Assembly: GCA_016182385.1 (NCBI GenBank)
Contig: JACPGV010000002.1
Location: forward strand, 55,553 to 119,552
Reading direction: 5' to 3'
Length of the DNA stretch: 64,000 nucleotides
DNA from: Candidatus Moraniibacteriota bacterium
GTDB lineage: Bacteria > Patescibacteriota > Minisyncoccia > Moranbacterales > UBA1568
The notes below the pieces were generated by a model. It did not search any database. It was given only the letters and a program-made list of their open reading frames with translations, and was not told the DNA's origin. The translations under genes and the position numbers were made by a program. Positions 32,810 through 40,720 of the stretch are shown here, one piece after another. The first letter of the stretch is position 1. Each line of letters begins with the position of its first letter.

Positions 32810-34045
32810 ATGGCCGAAATCAAACCCGATATTGAAACGTTTGCAAAAATAAAGGTGGTAGGTGTTGGCGGTTCTGGTAATAACGCTATTTCACGAATGA
32901 TTGATGCCAAGATAAAGGGTGTTGAGTTCGTGGCTATTAATACTGATGCTCAGGCACTGCATCATTCCAAGGCGCAGGAAAAGGTACATATTGGAAAAAA
33001 TTTGACGAAGGGTCTTGGCGCGGGAATGAATCCGGAAATTGGTCGTCAGGCAGCAGAAGAGAATCGTGATGAAATCCAGGAGGTGTTGAAGGGAGCCGAT
33101 ATGGTTTTTGTTTCTTGTGGTCTTGGTGGAGGAACCGGTTCTGGCGCCGCGCCTATTGTCGCAGAAACCGCTAAAGAACTCGGCGCTCTTACGGTGGGCG
33201 TGGTCACAAAACCATTTGCTTTTGAAGGGTCTCAGCGTCGTGCTATCGCTGAAGAGGCTTTAGAAAATTTGAAAGATCGTGTTGATACTCTTATCACCAT
33301 ACCGAATGATAAATTGCTTTCCATCATTGATCGTAAGACAACGCTGGTGAATGCTTTTCGTATCGTTGATGATGTCTTGCGACAAGGCGTGCAGGGTATT
33401 TCGGATCTTATTACCAAGCCGGGTATCGTCAACGTCGACTTTGCTGATGTGCGAGCTATTATGGAAGATAGCGGAAGCGCGCTCATGGGTATTGGTATTG
33501 CCGCCGGAGATAATCGCGCAATGGAAGCGGCGAAAGCAGCCATCAATAGCCCGCTTCTTGAGCTTTCGATTGACGGAGCCAAGGGTGTTCTTTTCAATAT
33601 TTCCGGTTCAAGTGATTTGACGATGCTCGAAATCAATGAGGCGGCGAGTATTATTACCGAAAATATCGATCCGAACGCCAAAGTTATCTTTGGTGCCGTG
33701 ACGGATGATCAGATTCGTAAAGGCGAGATTCAGATTACGGTTGTTGCTACGGGTTTTGATGTGGCCCGCGTTAAAGAGCCATCCATCGGTCTTATCAATC
33801 GCGCTCCGTCTCAATCGAATAAACCACGCCTTACTTCGTCGACACCTGTGGAAGAAAAGAGGCGAACGGAAGAGGCGGTTGTTGAGGAGTTTGATTTTTC
33901 CAGTCGTAAGATAGAACAGCCGGCGATGATCATTGAGGAAAAAATTCAACCGCGTAGTGTCAGTCCACGAAGCGAATCCAAAGAACTTGTAGAGGATGAA
34001 GATTTGGAAATTCCTGCCTTTATCAGACGGAAAATGAAAAAATAA
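32810..34045 (+). CDS. ftsZ: Cell division GTPase FtsZ.
   Basis: [17 protein letters not shown], tubulin signature [10 protein letters not shown]. An SD-like aggggatat precedes ATG 32810. A disordered C-terminal linker and a terminal peptide (IPAFIRRKM) are present. Confidence 0.95.
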   Translation: MAEIKPDIETFAKIKVVGVGGSGNNAISRMIDAKIKGVEFVAINTDAQALHHSKAQEKVHIGKNLTKGLGAGMNPEIGRQAAEENRDEIQEVLKGADMVFVSCGLGGGTGSGAAPIVAETAKELGALTVGVVTKPFAFEGSQRRAIAEEALENLKDRVDTLITIPNDKLLSIIDRKTTLVNAFRIVDDVLRQGVQGISDLITKPGIVNVDFADVRAIMEDSGSALMGIGIAAGDNRAMEAAKAAINSPLLELSIDGAKGVLFNISGSSDLTMLEINEAASIITENIDPNAKVIFGAVTDDQIRKGEIQITVVATGFDVARVKEPSIGLINRAPSQSNKPRLTSSTPVEEKRRTEEAVVEEFDFSSRKIEQPAMIIEEKIQPRSVSPRSESKELVEDEDLEIPAFIRRKMKK

Positions 34046-34125
34046 TGGAAATGTACAGGGAGGGGCGATAAGCCCCTTTTCGTTTGGGGAGGATTTTGAT
34101 ACAGTAAGAACAAAGAGAAATACGT

Positions 34126-34572
34126 ATGAACTGCCCTTTTTGTAGTCACCCAGAAACCAAGGTTATTGATTCACGCGATACGCAGGAAGGAAGAGCGACG
34201 CGTCGTCGGCGAGAGTGTGAAAAATGCTCAGCCCGTTTTAGCACGTATGAGGAAGTGGAAATTTTTCGCCTGTTGGTGATAAAAAAGGACGGACGAAAAG
34301 AGGAATATGATCGTACGAAGATCGAACATGGTTTGGAGCGAGCCTTCGTGAAGCGTCCCAATGCTGAAGAGCGTATTGAAAAAATTATGGGAGAGATAGA
34401 ATATGCGCTTCACGAAAAAAAGACGGACGATATCTCTAGTAAAGAAATCGGCACGTTGGTGATGCAAAAATTGAAGGAGTCTGACGAAGTGGCATATATT
34501 CGTTTTGCTTCCGTGTATAAATCTTTTGGAAGTGCGAAAAGTTTTTTACGAGCTTTGGAAACCTTGGAATGA
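34126..34572 (+). CDS. nrdR: Transcriptional repressor NrdR.
   Basis: MNCPFCSHPETKVIDSRDT...RRRECEKCSARFSTYE zinc ribbon plus an ATP-cone. Confidence 0.9.
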   Translation: MNCPFCSHPETKVIDSRDTQEGRATRRRRECEKCSARFSTYEEVEIFRLLVIKKDGRKEEYDRTKIEHGLERAFVKRPNAEERIEKIMGEIEYALHEKKTDDISSKEIGTLVMQKLKESDEVAYIRFASVYKSFGSAKSFLRALETLE

Positions 34573-34805
34573 TTAGGTGTATAGAGGTGCGCGTCATTTC
34601 TCGCGCTTCGAAAAATTCGGTGCAACAAAGAGGAGAAAAAACGTATTGTGTTCGTTTGACCAAGGCACCAGTACAGAATGCCGCCAATGAGCAGATGAAA
34701 AAATTATTAGCGAAACATTTTTCCGTGCCCGTTGGCGCTATTCGTATTTTGCGCGGGAAGACGAGCCGCACCAAGATCGTTGAAGTGGTGGCATATGCTT
34801 CATAA
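34569..34805 (+). CDS. DUF167/YggU-family protein.
   Basis: V.V.P.A.KN.V.........L.APP..G.AN..L...LA..F.V....I.I..G..SR.K...V matches the YggU pattern. An ATGA overlap with nrdR is present. Confidence 0.6.
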   Translation: MIRCIEVRVISRASKNSVQQRGEKTYCVRLTKAPVQNAANEQMKKLLAKHFSVPVGAIRILRGKTSRTKIVEVVAYAS

Positions 34806-36261
34806 AGCAAAACTTTTCTGTTTGTTGTGTTGTGGGTATATCGGCGGAGTCTTTGCAGGCTCTTTTTTTGTGTTTGCAGAATGGATACTTTTTCTTTGTG
34901 GCGCGTTCCTTGTTATTTTTGGCGTTTCTTTTCGCGGGCGATATTTTTTGTGGGGTATTTTTGTGGTGCTTATTTTTTTGACAGGGTACGGTGTTACGCG
35001 TCATGCCGTACAAGAAGTTTATGCACTTCCCGAGACTTCATTTACGGTGCAGGGTGTGGCTCGTATCGTGCGAGAGCCAGAAGAAAAGATATGGCAGCAA
35101 GAGGTTGTTGTGCGTATGGAGAGTTGCCAAAAAGAACCTTGTCCGCGAGAGAAGATATTATGGAGAGCACCTTTGGGGATGCCGGGGAAAAGAGGGGAAC
35201 GTTTGTCATTCGCTTGTTCTTTGACTGTTCCAAAAAAAATCAATGAACAATTTGATTACCGGATGTTTCTTGCCAAGGAGGGGGTTTTGTATATGTGTGA
35301 AAAAGCGGATTTCGCGCATACTATTCCTGATGATGGATTCACCCGCGTTATCGCAGGAGTATTTGCGCCAAAGAGAGCGCTCGAAAATGCCTTGGAAAGA
35401 AGCGTCCCACAACCGGAGGCGGCTTTGGCACAGGGACTTCTCTTGGGAGGGGACGAACGACTTCCCTCGGAATGGCAACAAGCATTTCGTGCTACCGGAC
35501 TTTCTCATATTATTGCCATTTCCGGATATAATATCGTATTGGTAAGCGCCGCTTTTATTATTCTGGGGCTTGGGCTGGGGCTTTGGCGGCGTCAAGCGTT
35601 TCTTCTGGCAGTTATGGGAACGATTTTCTTTGTTTTGTTGGTGGGGGCGCCTGCTTCTGCTATTCGAGCCGGTATTATGGGATGTTCGGTATTTGCGGCA
35701 CTTTCTTTCGGACGACTAGCTTATTCGCCTCAAACATTGTTGGGAACCGCTTTTCTTATGCTTTTTTTTAACCCACTTCTTTTACGTTATGATATTGGTT
35801 TTCAGTTATCTTTTTTGGCGACTTTTGCTTTAGTATGCGTTGCCCCCCTTTTTATTCTTTTGTTTCCCAAGCATTTTTTTGGCAGAGGTATATTGGAAAT
35901 CGCTTTTTTTACTTTCGCGATAGAACTTTTTATTATCCCGCTTCTTATATACCATTTTCACATCGTTTCTCTTGTAGGTATTCTCACAAATATGCTTGTT
36001 TTACCTCTCATACCGTATCTTATGGCGAGTGCTTTTGTGACGGCTCTTATCTTTTTTTTCTGTCCGCCACTTGTTTTGATAGGTGCCGGCATAACGTATG
36101 GATTGGCGCATGGCATTTTTGTTATTGTTGACAGGGTACATACTTGGTCGCAGACGACTATGAATGTCTCTTGGTCGATAGAAATAATTTTTTTGTGGTA
36201 CATAGTATTATTTCTTGGTATGGTAGGAATACGAAGATATATACGTACGCGTTATGTTTGA
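34795..36261 (+). CDS. comEC: ComEC/Rec2 DNA-uptake channel, N-terminal part (DUF4131 plus the Competence polytopic membrane domain).
   Basis: YRMFLAKEGVLYM...; QGLLLGGDERLPSEWQQAFRATGLSHIIAISGYNIVLVSAA is the ComEC Competence-domain signature. Many TM helices are present. Confidence 0.8.
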   Translation: MLHKAKLFCLLCCGYIGGVFAGSFFVFAEWILFLCGAFLVIFGVSFRGRYFLWGIFVVLIFLTGYGVTRHAVQEVYALPETSFTVQGVARIVREPEEKIWQQEVVVRMESCQKEPCPREKILWRAPLGMPGKRGERLSFACSLTVPKKINEQFDYRMFLAKEGVLYMCEKADFAHTIPDDGFTRVIAGVFAPKRALENALERSVPQPEAALAQGLLLGGDERLPSEWQQAFRATGLSHIIAISGYNIVLVSAAFIILGLGLGLWRRQAFLLAVMGTIFFVLLVGAPASAIRAGIMGCSVFAALSFGRLAYSPQTLLGTAFLMLFFNPLLLRYDIGFQLSFLATFALVCVAPLFILLFPKHFFGRGILEIAFFTFAIELFIIPLLIYHFHIVSLVGILTNMLVLPLIPYLMASAFVTALIFFFCPPLVLIGAGITYGLAHGIFVIVDRVHTWSQTTMNVSWSIEIIFLWYIVLFLGMVGIRRYIRTRYV

Positions 36262-37099
36262 GCGCTTGAGAAGTCGTGTTTTCTGGGGGGTGTTTTTTAT
36301 AGTGTGTTTTTTCGCCCTTCTTATTTTCTTTTGGTGGGAGGAATATACGACCATGAGGGTTGTTTTTTTGAATGTGGGACAAGGAGACGCTTTTTTACTC
36401 TCTTTTGGTTCTGAGCAGATCCTTATTGATAGTGGCCGGTCCGGAAAAGAATTGCTTCATCGTTTGAGTCGACATATGCCTTTTTGGGACAGAACGATCG
36501 AGGCGGTTATCGCGACACATCCCGATGCCGATCATATCGGTGGTTTTCCGGCACTTTTTCGGGCGTATAAAGTCGAAAGAGTGTTTACGACTGGCGCGGT
36601 TGGCGATAGCGAGACCGCTCTTCTTTTTCAAGAGGAAATTGTACGAGCAACCGGTAGACAGCCGGACGTGTTGTTTCGTGGCGGAGAGCTTTCCTTTCCG
36701 GAACAAGGGAAGCTTTTTATTCGTTATCCCATAACCCCGTTGCCGCCTGATACGAAAGACACAAATGCCGGAAGTCTCGTGGCGCGCTTTGTTTATGGGA
36801 AGACAAGTTTTTTGTTTACCGGTGATTTGCCACGAGAAGAAACAGTTCTTGCCGATGAAGAGTCGGTAACCGTTCTTAAAGCGGCGCATCATGGTTCGAG
36901 GTACTCGACGAGCGATGCTTTCTTGGAACAAGTGTTGCCGAAAGAGACTATTATTTCCGTTGGTAAAAATAGTTACGGTCATCCTGCCGAAGAAGTATTA
37001 GAGCGATTACGCGTAAGACAGATAACGATTCGTCGGACGGATCGAGACGGAGATATAGTCTATGTGTGCGCGCTTGATTCTTGTTCTGTCAGAGAATAG
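36254..37099 (+). CDS. ComEC C-terminal metallo-beta-lactamase domain protein, encoded as a separate translationally coupled ORF.
   Basis: MBL fold: VVFLNVGQGDAFLL, IATHPDADHIGG, FTGDL, LKAAHHGSRYS. Its ATG at 36254 lies inside the last codons of the upstream ORF (ATGTTTGA, an 8-nt overlap, +1 frame). Confidence 0.7.
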   Translation: MFERLRSRVFWGVFFIVCFFALLIFFWWEEYTTMRVVFLNVGQGDAFLLSFGSEQILIDSGRSGKELLHRLSRHMPFWDRTIEAVIATHPDADHIGGFPALFRAYKVERVFTTGAVGDSETALLFQEEIVRATGRQPDVLFRGGELSFPEQGKLFIRYPITPLPPDTKDTNAGSLVARFVYGKTSFLFTGDLPREETVLADEESVTVLKAAHHGSRYSTSDAFLEQVLPKETIISVGKNSYGHPAEEVLERLRVRQITIRRTDRDGDIVYVCALDSCSVRE

Positions 37100-37174
37100 T
37101 GCCTCTGTTGCCTTTTTGTTTTTTTTGTGGCACTATGAATGGTAATGAATATTCACTCGTAATTATGAAGTAGT

Positions 37175-37780
37175 ATGAATGAACATCCTAAGAAAGAACG
37201 ATCATTGGTAATTATCAAACCGGACGGTATACAGCGGGCGCTTACCGGCGAAATTATTTCTCGTTTTGAGCGGACGGGACTCAAGTTTATCGCCATGAAA
37301 CTTCTTGTTCCCAAGGCGGAGCAATGCTGGACACACTATAATAAAGATGAAGAATGGTTTCTTAAGAAGGGCGCGCGTATCATTGACGATCGTAAGACGC
37401 ACGGGATGCCTATTGAAAAAGAGGTTATTGAATACGGCAAGGATATTATTCAGGCGAATGTGGATTTTTTTACTTCTGGACCGGTACTCGCCTTTGTCAT
37501 TGAGGGCAATCAGTCGGTGGCTATCGTGAAAAAAATTGTTGGCGGAACAGAGCCAACCACTTCGGATGTAGGGACTATTCGTGGTGACTTGACGGTGGAC
37601 TCGTATGCGCTTTCGAGTCTTGATAATCGCGCGGTACGCAATTTGGTTCATTGTTCTGATAGTCCTGAAGAAGCAGAACGAGAAATTCCCATTTGGTTTC
37701 AGGAGAATGAATTGATCAATTATCGTTTAGTAGGTGAGCAAATCCTCTACGATGTGAATCTTGACGGTATCTTGGAGTAA
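37175..37780 (+). CDS. ndk: Nucleoside diphosphate kinase carrying an internal insertion of about 30-40 aa.
   Basis: ERSLVIIKPDGIQRALTGEIISRFERTGLKFIAMK...SGPVLAFVIEG...GTIRGDL...HCSDSPEEAEREIPIWF. The total of 201 aa compares with about 140-150 typical. Confidence 0.85.
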   Translation: MNEHPKKERSLVIIKPDGIQRALTGEIISRFERTGLKFIAMKLLVPKAEQCWTHYNKDEEWFLKKGARIIDDRKTHGMPIEKEVIEYGKDIIQANVDFFTSGPVLAFVIEGNQSVAIVKKIVGGTEPTTSDVGTIRGDLTVDSYALSSLDNRAVRNLVHCSDSPEEAEREIPIWFQENELINYRLVGEQILYDVNLDGILE

Positions 37781-37793
37781 ATTTTTTCGGCGT

Positions 37794-37824
37794 AAAAAAT
37801 CCCTTTTTGAAGGGATTTTTTATT
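37794..37824 (+). terminator. Rho-independent terminator after ndk.
   Basis: aaaaaatccc-tttttgaa-gggatttttt hairpin followed by a T-run. Confidence 0.65.
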
Positions 37825-37825
37825 A

Positions 37826-37854
37826 TTGACAAAACATCATGTTTTTGGTACAGT
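37826..37854 (+). promoter_or_regulatory. Sigma70-like promoter driving the small-ORF/tRNA-Pro region.
   Basis: TTGACA, 17 nt, then TACAGT, immediately after the ndk terminator. Confidence 0.4.
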
Positions 37855-37990
37855 ACTTAGTAATTGGAGCGACCGAAGAGCTCAAGAGGAGGGGAATGGG
37901 GTAATATTCTCTTTTTCTTTGGTAAAGTTGTTCCAACGGTGTCCCAAGTCAACGGTTAACGGGACAAAAAAATGAAACTCTGGAGGTGTT

Positions 37991-38152
37991 ATGGAAAAAA
38001 AGGAGGATATTGCTCTTCCTCAGAATAGAGAGGAGTTATTGGAGATGATGTGGGCGGCAATAGCAGTGGGGCTAAGAAACCCACGCAATGCCCAAATCAT
38101 AGAACGTGTAAGGAGAGGAGACGAACGTCTCCTCTCTCAGCAAAGAAATTAG
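37991..38152 (+). CDS. Possible small protein of 53 aa with a strong SD. Alternatively it is part of a structured RNA leader.
   Basis: GGAGG lies 4 nt upstream of the ATG. It translates to MEKKEDIALPQNREELLEMMWAAIAVGLRNPRNAQIIERVRRGDERLLSQQRN. It contains a perfect 11-bp hairpin (gagaggagacg/cgtctcctctc) and is followed by a terminator-like hairpin (gggtagtcg...cgactaccc plus T-rich) at 38164-38197. Confidence 0.2.
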   Translation: MEKKEDIALPQNREELLEMMWAAIAVGLRNPRNAQIIERVRRGDERLLSQQRN

Positions 38153-38229
38153 TTGCGCGAGGAGGGTAGTCGCATCGTCGACTACCCCTTTTCATTTGTT
38201 TGAGAAAATGATACGGTGAGGAATGTTTG

Positions 38230-38303
38230 CGGGCTGTAGTATACCGGTAGTACGCGTCCATGGGGTGGATGTAGACCGGGTTCAATTCCCGGCAGCCCGA
38301 CCA
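38230..38303 (+). tRNA. tRNA-Pro (anticodon GGG), with the CCA end encoded.
   Basis: Cloverleaf folded by hand. Acceptor stem CGGGCUG/CAGCCCG, D-arm GUA..UAC, anticodon stem CGUCC/GGAUG with loop AUGGGGU (U33, GGG, G37), T-arm CCGGG-UUCAAUU-CCCGG, discriminator A plus CCA. Confidence 0.75.
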
Positions 38304-38335
38304 AGATTGAGAATTTAATAGGTGCTTCACGCGAA

Positions 38336-38449
38336 GCGTCCATGGGGGTGAAAAGTAAATTGCTTTACTTTTCACGGGCGTTTCCGCAAGTCGTCCCTGA
38401 CTTGCGGAAAAAGAATGCTTTGGGGGATGTAGACGGCGGTTCAATTTTT
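38336..38449 (+). other. Degenerate partial duplicate of the tRNA-Pro anticodon and T-arm region, interrupted by an insert of about 70 nt carrying two perfect hairpins.
   Basis: gcgtccatgggggtg (38336-50) matches tRNA positions 26-40, and gggggatgtagacggcggttcaattttt (38422-49) matches the tRNA 3' half (ggatgtagaccgggttcaattccc). Between them lie hairpins gtgaaaagtaaa-ttgc-tttacttttcac (12 bp) and ccgcaagtc-gtccct-gacttgcgg (9 bp). Confidence 0.45.
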
Positions 38450-38465
38450 GATAGTCTGGACAAAT

Positions 38466-38501
38466 AAAAAACTCTCTTTATTTTTTTAAGGAGAGTTTTT
38501 T
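38466..38501. terminator. Bidirectional intrinsic terminator between the tRNA region (+) and rpmB (-).
   Basis: aaaaaactctc ... gagagtttttt perfect inverted repeat flanked by A- and T-runs. Confidence 0.6.
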
Positions 38502-38507
38502 AGAATG

Positions 38508-38684
38508 TTATTTCGTTTCTTTGGCCAAAGTGCGGATTGCTTTTGTGGAGAGACGAAGTTTTACACCACCGATGCGTTTCGTTTGAAGATTGACCTTGAA
38601 AGTTCGGCGACTGGCAATATTGGAATGACTGCGTGAATTACCAGTTTTCGTTCCGCGTCCGGTGAGTTGACAGGTGCGGCTCAT
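38508..38684 (-). CDS. rpmB: 50S ribosomal protein L28, 58 aa.
   Basis: Hand translation of the minus strand gives [58 protein letters not shown]. This matches the L28 consensus MSR.CQ.TGK....GN.RSH....++R.F.PNL. It falls below the ORF-track size cutoff. Confidence 0.8.
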   Translation of the reverse strand: MSRTCQLTGRGTKTGNSRSHSNIASRRTFKVNLQTKRIGGVKLRLSTKAIRTLAKETK

Positions 38685-38780
38685 AAAAATCTATTGAAGA
38701 GTTACAAAAATGAGAGTATCATAGCTTTATTGCTTTGGCAAGAGGAGATTTTGTTTTTAGGTGTTTCTAATATTTTTGTT

Positions 38781-39503
38781 ATGGCGCATGAAATTGTTTT
38801 GATAGGGTTTTATTTGTTGACTCTGGTGTATTCCGTCATTATTCATGAGGTGTCACATGGTGTTGTGGCGCTTTGGCTGGGTGATTTGACTGCCAAATAT
38901 GCCGATCGCTTGAATCTCAACCCCTTAAAACATATTGATCCGTTTGGATCGGTTCTTTTGCCGCTTCTTCTTGTTGTGACTACGGGATTTGCTTTTGGGT
39001 GGGCAAAGCCGGTTCCTTACAACCCCTATAATTTGCGCGATCAGAAATGGGGGCCGGTGTGGGTGGCGCTTGCCGGACCGGCTTCCAATTTTCTCTTGGC
39101 GACTCTGGCGGCCTTATTGGCAAAAATTTTACCTTTGACCTTGCTTGCTAAGGCGGATATTTTGGAACGCTTTATTGGTGTTATCGGCGGACAAGGAGAG
39201 TTTTTTGATCGTTTCGGATTATTGGCAGAAGCGCTTTCCGGATCTTTGGCAAATGTGTTTTTTGGACTTTTTCTTTTGGTGATTTTTTGGAATGTTGTTT
39301 TAGGATGCTTTAATCTTTTGCCTATACCACCGCTTGATGGTTCCAAGCTTTTATACGCTTTTGTGCCTCTTGGCGAGCAAACAATTTTCTTTTTGGAGCG
39401 CTTTGGCCTCTTTTTGCTTCTTTTTATCGTTCTTTTTCTTTCGACACCTATCAGTATGTTTATAAATTTCGTTTTGAGTCTTTTTTTGCGTTTTGCGTTA
39501 TAG
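38781..39503 (+). CDS. Site-2 protease family zinc metalloprotease (peptidase M50).
   Basis: HEVSHG (HExxH) lies in TM helix 1. Multiple TM helices and an LPIPPLDGSKLL-like second motif are present. The start is taken at ATG 38781 (MAHEIV...). Confidence 0.75.
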   Translation: MAHEIVLIGFYLLTLVYSVIIHEVSHGVVALWLGDLTAKYADRLNLNPLKHIDPFGSVLLPLLLVVTTGFAFGWAKPVPYNPYNLRDQKWGPVWVALAGPASNFLLATLAALLAKILPLTLLAKADILERFIGVIGGQGEFFDRFGLLAEALSGSLANVFFGLFLLVIFWNVVLGCFNLLPIPPLDGSKLLYAFVPLGEQTIFFLERFGLFLLLFIVLFLSTPISMFINFVLSLFLRFAL

Positions 39504-39580
39504 AATCGATAGCGTAAAAAAGGGGAGTTTTGTATCTTTTTGTCTCAGATAATCTTTTTTTCGACAGAAAGAGAGTGGGG

Positions 39581-39609
39581 TTGACAAGGGTATTTGTTTT
39601 CGATACTAT
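39581..39609 (+). promoter_or_regulatory. Promoter for the rpsL-rpsG-fusA unit.
   Basis: TTGACA, 17 nt, then TACTAT. Confidence 0.4.
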
Positions 39610-39680
39610 GGGTAGTACGGAAAAACAAAGCCGTTTTTTGTTTGTATCTTTTCTTTGTAAACAATTTTAAACTTTTTTTT

Positions 39681-40097
39681 GTGTCTACCATCAATCAACT
39701 TGTAAAGCGTCCGCGATATTCTTCTTCTAAAAAATCGAAATCGCCCGCGATGACGTATTCGATCAATAATATTAAGAATCGAAACACCTATCATGACAGT
39801 CCGTTTAAGCGCGGTGTCTGTATCAAGGTGTCGACAACCACTCCCAAGAAGCCAAACTCTGCTTTACGTAAGATTGCTCGTGTCCGTTTGACAAACGGTA
39901 TGGAGGTAACGGCTTATATTCCCGGTGAAGGACACAACTTGCAGGAACACTCGATCGTTATGATTCGCGGCGGACGCGTAAAGGATTTGCCGGGTGTGCG
40001 TTATCATATCGTTCGTGGCACTTTTGATGCCGCCGGTGTACAACGTAAACAGAGTCGTTCGAAATACGGCGCCAAGAAAGAAAAGAAAAAAGAATAA
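39681..40097 (+). CDS. rpsL: 30S ribosomal protein S12, probably with a GTG start.
   Basis: (V/M)[11 protein letters not shown]...[61 protein letters not shown]. Confidence 0.9.
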   Translation: MSTINQLVKRPRYSSSKKSKSPAMTYSINNIKNRNTYHDSPFKRGVCIKVSTTTPKKPNSALRKIARVRLTNGMEVTAYIPGEGHNLQEHSIVMIRGGRVKDLPGVRYHIVRGTFDAAGVQRKQSRSKYGAKKEKKKE

Positions 40098-40173
40098 TGA
40101 GATTTCAGTTTCCCACGATGTTTTTTTAGGAAAAATGTTTATTAAGTCGATAAGTTAAGAAGCTCGTAAAGAT

Positions 40174-40641
40174 ATGCCACGAAGAAAGAGACAATTTGCC
40201 CGTGTTTGGGAAGCGGATGCTTTGTATGATAACGCGCTTGTTGGTCATTTCATCGGAATGATCATGTGGAATGGCAAGAAAAGCGTTGCGGAAAAGATCA
40301 TATATAAGTCTTTTGAAATTATTCATGAACGCACCAAAAAAGGCGGATTGAATGTTTTTGAACAGGCTATCAAGAATGTTTCCCCGCTTCTTCAATTGAA
40401 ATCACGTCGTGTTGGTGGCGCGAATTATCAGGTACCGGTGCCGGTATCCGGTGAGCGTCGTCAGGTTTTGGCAATGCGCTGGATTCGTGATGCTTGTCGC
40501 AACAAAAAAGGAAAATCGATGGCTGAAAAGTTGGCTGATGAACTTCTGGATGCCGCCAACAAAACCGGATCGGCGATGAAGAAACGTGAGGAAACTCATC
40601 GTATGGCCGAGGCAAACAAAGCTTTCGCTCATTTTGCGTAA
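40174..40641 (+). CDS. rpsG: 30S ribosomal protein S7.
   Basis: MPRRKRQ...; NVSPLLQLKSRRVGGANYQVPV. Confidence 0.9.
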   Translation: MPRRKRQFARVWEADALYDNALVGHFIGMIMWNGKKSVAEKIIYKSFEIIHERTKKGGLNVFEQAIKNVSPLLQLKSRRVGGANYQVPVPVSGERRQVLAMRWIRDACRNKKGKSMAEKLADELLDAANKTGSAMKKREETHRMAEANKAFAHFA

Positions 40642-40720
40642 TAGTATTAAGATATATAAAATAAAGAAACGCGAAGCATCAAGAGAGAGTGTCTCTTGTC
40701 TGTGCGTTTGAGAAACTTTT

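Noticed and set aside
38097-38444. 115-aa minus-strand ORF across the tRNA-Pro region.
   Set aside because: It overlaps a well-folding tRNA and hairpin-rich non-coding sequence, and its translation is featureless.
38336-38449. An intron-containing second tRNA-Pro gene.
   Set aside because: Only the anticodon-arm and T-arm pieces are present. Acceptor and D-arm 5' sequence and the T-stem 3' side with acceptor 3' side are missing. It is therefore a fragment or relic, not a spliceable tRNA.
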